Below, piece by piece: positions 60,186 through 64,000 of a stretch of 64,000 nt of DNA. The notes beneath the pieces are model-generated. The model saw only the letters and a program-made list of their open reading frames with translations. It was not told the origin of the DNA and did no database searches. Numbering within the stretch: the first letter of the stretch is position 1; each line of letters begins with the position of its first letter. This DNA comes from Trypanosoma brucei (lineage: Eukaryota): contig AE017150.2 of NCBI GenBank assembly GCA_000002445.1, positions 896,001 to 960,000 on the forward strand. The letters run 5' to 3'. Both the position numbers and the translations under genes were made by a program.

Positions 60186-61295
60186 ATGAGCATGGACACC
60201 CGTATGGTGAATTTTGGTTTTACGCGTGCTGCTCTCCTGTGCGGTATTTTATTATTGCTAACTGCCGTGTGTCCGCTGCATGTGACTGCTGCTGATGGTG
60301 ATGATGGACGCGTGATTGTTAATGTGAAGGAGTATTTCTCCATGCCTAATCGTGCATTTATTCGTGATGGGGAGTACCATGTAAGTTACTACAATGCTAA
60401 CGCATATTGTGTCGACAATGGTGCTGTGCTTCCTGCCGATCAAACGGAGGCGGCGCACCAAAGTTTGCAGAGCGCAATAAAGCGTGTAATTACGGGTTCG
60501 GATGCTTTCAGCTACCTTGGTGGAGATGCTGTGTACAGTAGTGGCGGAGTAATTGAAGCTGATAAGCGTTGTAAGCCTGGAGACGCGGCATCTTCCCGCT
60601 ATTGTGTGTATCGTTGGAATAAGGGATTGTTTGCAAAGGCTTTGCCTGATGGCTGGGGGGTGGCGTTCTGGCGTGGTTCATATGTCAAATACGGTGGTGC
60701 GGCCTCAATGAATGGTTACCCATCCTTTTGGGGTAGTGAATATCCCAAGCGTGGTCAGTTGTATACCCTTTCATGGTATCATAAAGATTATGATGTGACT
60801 ACCTGGTATGATGGAAAAGATATGTCGGGACGCATAAAGTGGGCGAGTGATAATCCCGATACAAAAACTGAAAACTACGTTATCTTATGTGAAGTCCACG
60901 ATTCTATCAGCACGACGACAACCACAACAACTACAACTACGACAACAACTACAACTACAACTACAGCTGCACCTGCCTCAGGCGAAGTACCGGAACCAAC
61001 TGTGACAAAGGATGAAGAAGTTACTGTGACAACTGTGTCATTGGAAGAGAGAAGTAATTGGCACATTATTCTCATAGCTCTAATTTCTGTTGTTTCCCTT
61101 ATTGTGTTGCTACTTTTCCTTTTACGTTGGTTCTGTGATTATGATGTTAAAAAGGAGATCATTCCCATGACGCTGCGTGAAGTTGTTGGAGAGCCGTTGT
61201 TTGTCCTGGAGCCAACACCTTTTGTTCCCCCAGAGGGTTTTGCTGCTCCTCCCTTAGCCCTGCAATATTATAACCAAATGAGAACCAGTGAATAA
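60186..61295 (+). CDS. array copy 8 (a mosaic of copy 5/6-type patch 1 with copy 1-type patches 2 and 3)
   Basis: Patch 1 equals copies 5/6. SLQSAIKRVITGSDA, AFWRGSYVKYGG and KWASDNPDTKTENYV equal copy 1. Confidence 0.8.
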   Translation: MSMDTRMVNFGFTRAALLCGILLLLTAVCPLHVTAADGDDGRVIVNVKEYFSMPNRAFIRDGEYHVSYYNANAYCVDNGAVLPADQTEAAHQSLQSAIKRVITGSDAFSYLGGDAVYSSGGVIEADKRCKPGDAASSRYCVYRWNKGLFAKALPDGWGVAFWRGSYVKYGGAASMNGYPSFWGSEYPKRGQLYTLSWYHKDYDVTTWYDGKDMSGRIKWASDNPDTKTENYVILCEVHDSISTTTTTTTTTTTTTTTTTTAAPASGEVPEPTVTKDEEVTVTTVSLEERSNWHIILIALISVVSLIVLLLFLLRWFCDYDVKKEIIPMTLREVVGEPLFVLEPTPFVPPEGFAAPPLALQYYNQMRTSE

Positions 61296-64000
61296 TATTA
61301 GCGTCACATCGTATATCACATGGGTGGTGGTTGAGTGATGTTTAGGATCAAGTGGAGTAATGAATACTGTACCGCTTTCATCCTACGTTACGGACCGTCA
61401 CAATTTCTAGCTTCGTGTATTGTTTCACTTCCTATTATTACTTTCAGTAGTGCTCAATACTTCATTGTTTCATATAATTATTACTTTTATGTTCCTAATA
61501 TTAACGGTCTCCTTGTACCATGTTGGCTCTGCGAGGGACTTCCGATGTGTGGCATCACTTCCCTCCGACCACATCATTGTTCTTTTAGTGTGTGACCCAT
61601 TGAACCATCTTTACTGTTTGATGTCCCATTGTTTCGTTGTTGTTAGTGTTGATTATTTATTTCGTGTGTGGGTGTCATGTTTAGTTCGCGTTATTTCATG
61701 TTTTACTTCCATGTATATGTGGGAGGCTTGTAGGTCCTCCCTGTTACGTGTGATGTATTGCTTACGTGTAACTTGCAGCACTTAATTATTTTAATAGCTT
61801 ATATGAGGCTGTATTAAATAAGAGTTCCATAGTGTTCGGTGTTTGCGGTTTAGTTTGTTCACTATGATAATAAATGTTGTGTGTGCCTTTGTCTCACTAA
61901 CCAATTTGTTGGGATATGTGATATGGCTGCTCTCTTCCATCCTTGTTTGTTGTGCTGTGCTCCCTGTTTTTTTTGATCTCTGTTTTTTTTTTTCATATTT
62001 TAAAATATTGGTTTATATATATTCTATCTAAGTATATTTGTTGAGCTTTCTCTGGTTTTCTCTTTTTTTTTTTAGTGAAGGTTACTGATTAATTTGTCTT
62101 TTATCATGTCCATAGAGGATGCCGTTGTCGGTGTGCATGCACTGTCCTTGGTGTGATGCATGTTTTTGTAACTGCTAACACTTTTAGGTTGTCGTTTTGT
62201 TTTGCGTGTGTTGTCTTTATGGGATAATACATTGCTTCATCTACAGTTGTTTGTGGCTATATTCAAGAGCGTAGAGCAATGATAATGTTACAAATTCCGC
62301 GCGGAGACACGGGTCTAAAAAGCATCTGTAAAATGTCACAACAAGGAATCGGCTGCAATGCGCGGTGGCCCATAAAACCATGTGAAGACGTGTGTGTGAA
62401 TGTGTGCAGGAAAGAGAGTGCACATGCCTCGGGATCATGCATGCTGGCACCTTTTAATTCCGTGAAAACAGCAAGAAGATAAAGCAAAACGAAAGATCTG
62501 AGGCCGCCGGATTTAACACTTCGGTCATGTGAGGAAGCAGAGAGGCACAAAAAGGGCATCGGGGGATTCACAAAAGGGACCACCAAAGTTGCAGGTCATC
62601 TCATCCATTTGTCCCAAAATGTCCCCGCCACGGGGAGCGATGCGAGACAAAGATCTGCTTTACCTGCATATTTCGCCTACGTTTTGCAATTGTGTTGTCG
62701 CTCAGCGGCTGACCTAACGATAAAAGCGCATCAATGGGAAAGGAAAGGAGCATGGAAAGCGCTCCTAAAAGAAAGCAAGGCACAGATAGCGTACAGAGGG
62801 AACAACAGCTGCCACATATATATGGTAAATTGTTTGAACAAAGGCAATCACTATGGGAACGCATGCCACAACATGTCTTGGGTAACCTCTCAGGCGATCC
62901 TTTAGAAGCAAAAGGGAGACCTGTCTGAAGAAACGTTGGAGAGCAAAGAAAGGAAAAAGATTAAATTGACCCTTTCGTCCACTGAGTGTGCCGACTGGGT
63001 GAACGGTTGAGGAAACGCAACGAGACACGGGTCGCTCAAACCGGGGCAGGCAGAAAATTTCCCCGAAAACCCAAGGGACAAATCACCAGGAAAATAAGGC
63101 AGGGAGGTGGAATGTCATATGTGCCCGAGGAAGTTGCAGAGAAAGGGGGAATTGGCAGGCTACAAGTGCAACAAACCGAATCACCCTGTCAAAAACCGAT
63201 GACATGGTCATGCGAACAAGTTGAAACCAAAGTTCCCCATTCACCGCAACACCAGTGCCCAATAATCACTGCGTGGAGAGAAAATGAAGTGAAAATTTGA
63301 TTCCTATTTTGTAAGTGGCTGGCACGTTTCTCATGCATGCTCTTCAAGACGGAAGGCTCTGAACTGAACACAGAAGTGCAGCATCCTTATTTTACTAAAA
63401 GCACGAACCCAAGCAGGAGTGGGCGGGGATCTGCGTCAGCTGAAACTGTTATACCAAGAATCGCAATCAAATCAGACGTTGCTGCACTGCTATTGATAGT
63501 GGGAACGGGTCAAATAGCGTAGTGGGTGCAGCGGCAACGCACAAGAAACATGAAGCGAAAAGGGGGATTAGGGAAATGTTGGACGAGGCCCAACTGGGGA
63601 ACGTGCAGGTTAAAAGCACAGTGAAGCTAGGAAAGGGGGGAAAATAGACTGCCTACCGGAACCGGGATAAACAAACAAAGGGGAGGAGTGCATGTTATAG
63701 TTAACTCCTTTACCACGAGTGAAATGAAAGCCCCTTTCGCATTGAAGAGAAGCGTATGGTTTCCAGACATTGCAGATAAACAGTTGGAAGAAGCTTAGCA
63801 CAAATTCGAGGAGCGAGTGGAGGAGGTTGGAGCTTTCCCTCGTTACGTATTCGAAGAAGGTCCTTACTTTAAACGTAAGGCGGAGGTTACTTTTGCGCTG
63901 GAAAATATCGAAACCCGTGAACAGCGCCGTTTGTATGTCAAGGTTTTTACGAGACGGCAAATGAAATGAAAGTTTCGCATTACACTGCTTCGTAAAGAAT

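Larger units (their letters stand above)
46394..61960 (+). repeat. head-to-tail tandem array: 8 units of 1919-1940 bp plus a ~100-bp decayed 9th unit start
   Basis: Unit boundaries (ccattatgataataaatg) at 46394, 48326, 50256, 52175, 54100, 56040, 57980 and 59920. A degenerate start is at ~61860. Inter-ORF DNA (~830 bp) is near-identical between units. Confidence 0.95.

Noticed and set aside
46394-61960. Regular repeat array as a possible CRISPR locus
   Set aside because: Units are ~1.9 kb protein-coding genes in a eukaryotic (trypanosomatid) context, not short repeat-spacer units.
63796-63966. 56-codon Met-less open frame (HKFEERVEEVGAFPRYVFEEGPYFKRKAEVTFALENIETREQRRLYVKVFTRRQMK)
   Set aside because: It is too short, has no start codon and has no motif I can place. 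It may be a fragment of a decayed gene, but that is unsupported.

Overview
The window reads as trypanosomatid nuclear DNA, most consistent with the Trypanosoma cruzi lineage. It is intron-less, genes run on one strand in long polycistron-like blocks, polypyrimidine/AG tracts sit upstream of ORFs, and it carries a trans-sialidase-like gene and SIRE/VIPER-like retroelement structures. Layout: (i) 1-2935 is the end of a minus-strand gene run (OLA1/YchF GTPase, two hypothetical genes). (ii) ~2958-5057 is a divergent strand-switch region whose unique 1.1-kb core is bracketed by ~555-bp and ~424-bp inverted SIRE-like repeats, the right-hand one being the 5' piece of (iii). (iii) 4634-9492 is a ~4.9-kb degenerate VIPER-like (DIRS-type, tyrosine-recombinase) retroelement. 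(iv) 9.7-42.2 kb is a 'core' plus-strand polycistron. It holds a longin R-SNARE, a TPR protein, a CaaX DnaJ, an aldo-keto reductase, a Hop2/TBPIP-like protein, a proline-rich protein with 9 x 42-bp repeats, an SDR, a protein kinase, PRP19, a tubulin-tyrosine-ligase-like protein and a 4246-aa dynein heavy chain. (v) Next are a trans-sialidase-like gene and, at 46.4-61.9 kb, the standout feature: eight head-to-tail ~1.93-kb units plus a decayed ninth. Each unit encodes a ~365-aa type I membrane protein with a signal peptide, a C-type-lectin-like ectodomain, a poly-Thr (mucin-like) stalk, a TM helix and an invariant cytoplasmic tail carrying a YxxPhi motif. Non-coding DNA, signal peptide, stalk, TM and tail are near-identical between copies. 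Three discrete ectodomain patches are hypervariable and shuffled in a mosaic pattern. This is the signature of a recombinationally diversifying surface-receptor/adhesin family, and I could not assign it to any described trypanosome surface family from sequence alone. (vi) 62-64 kb is purine-rich, ORF-poor sequence.
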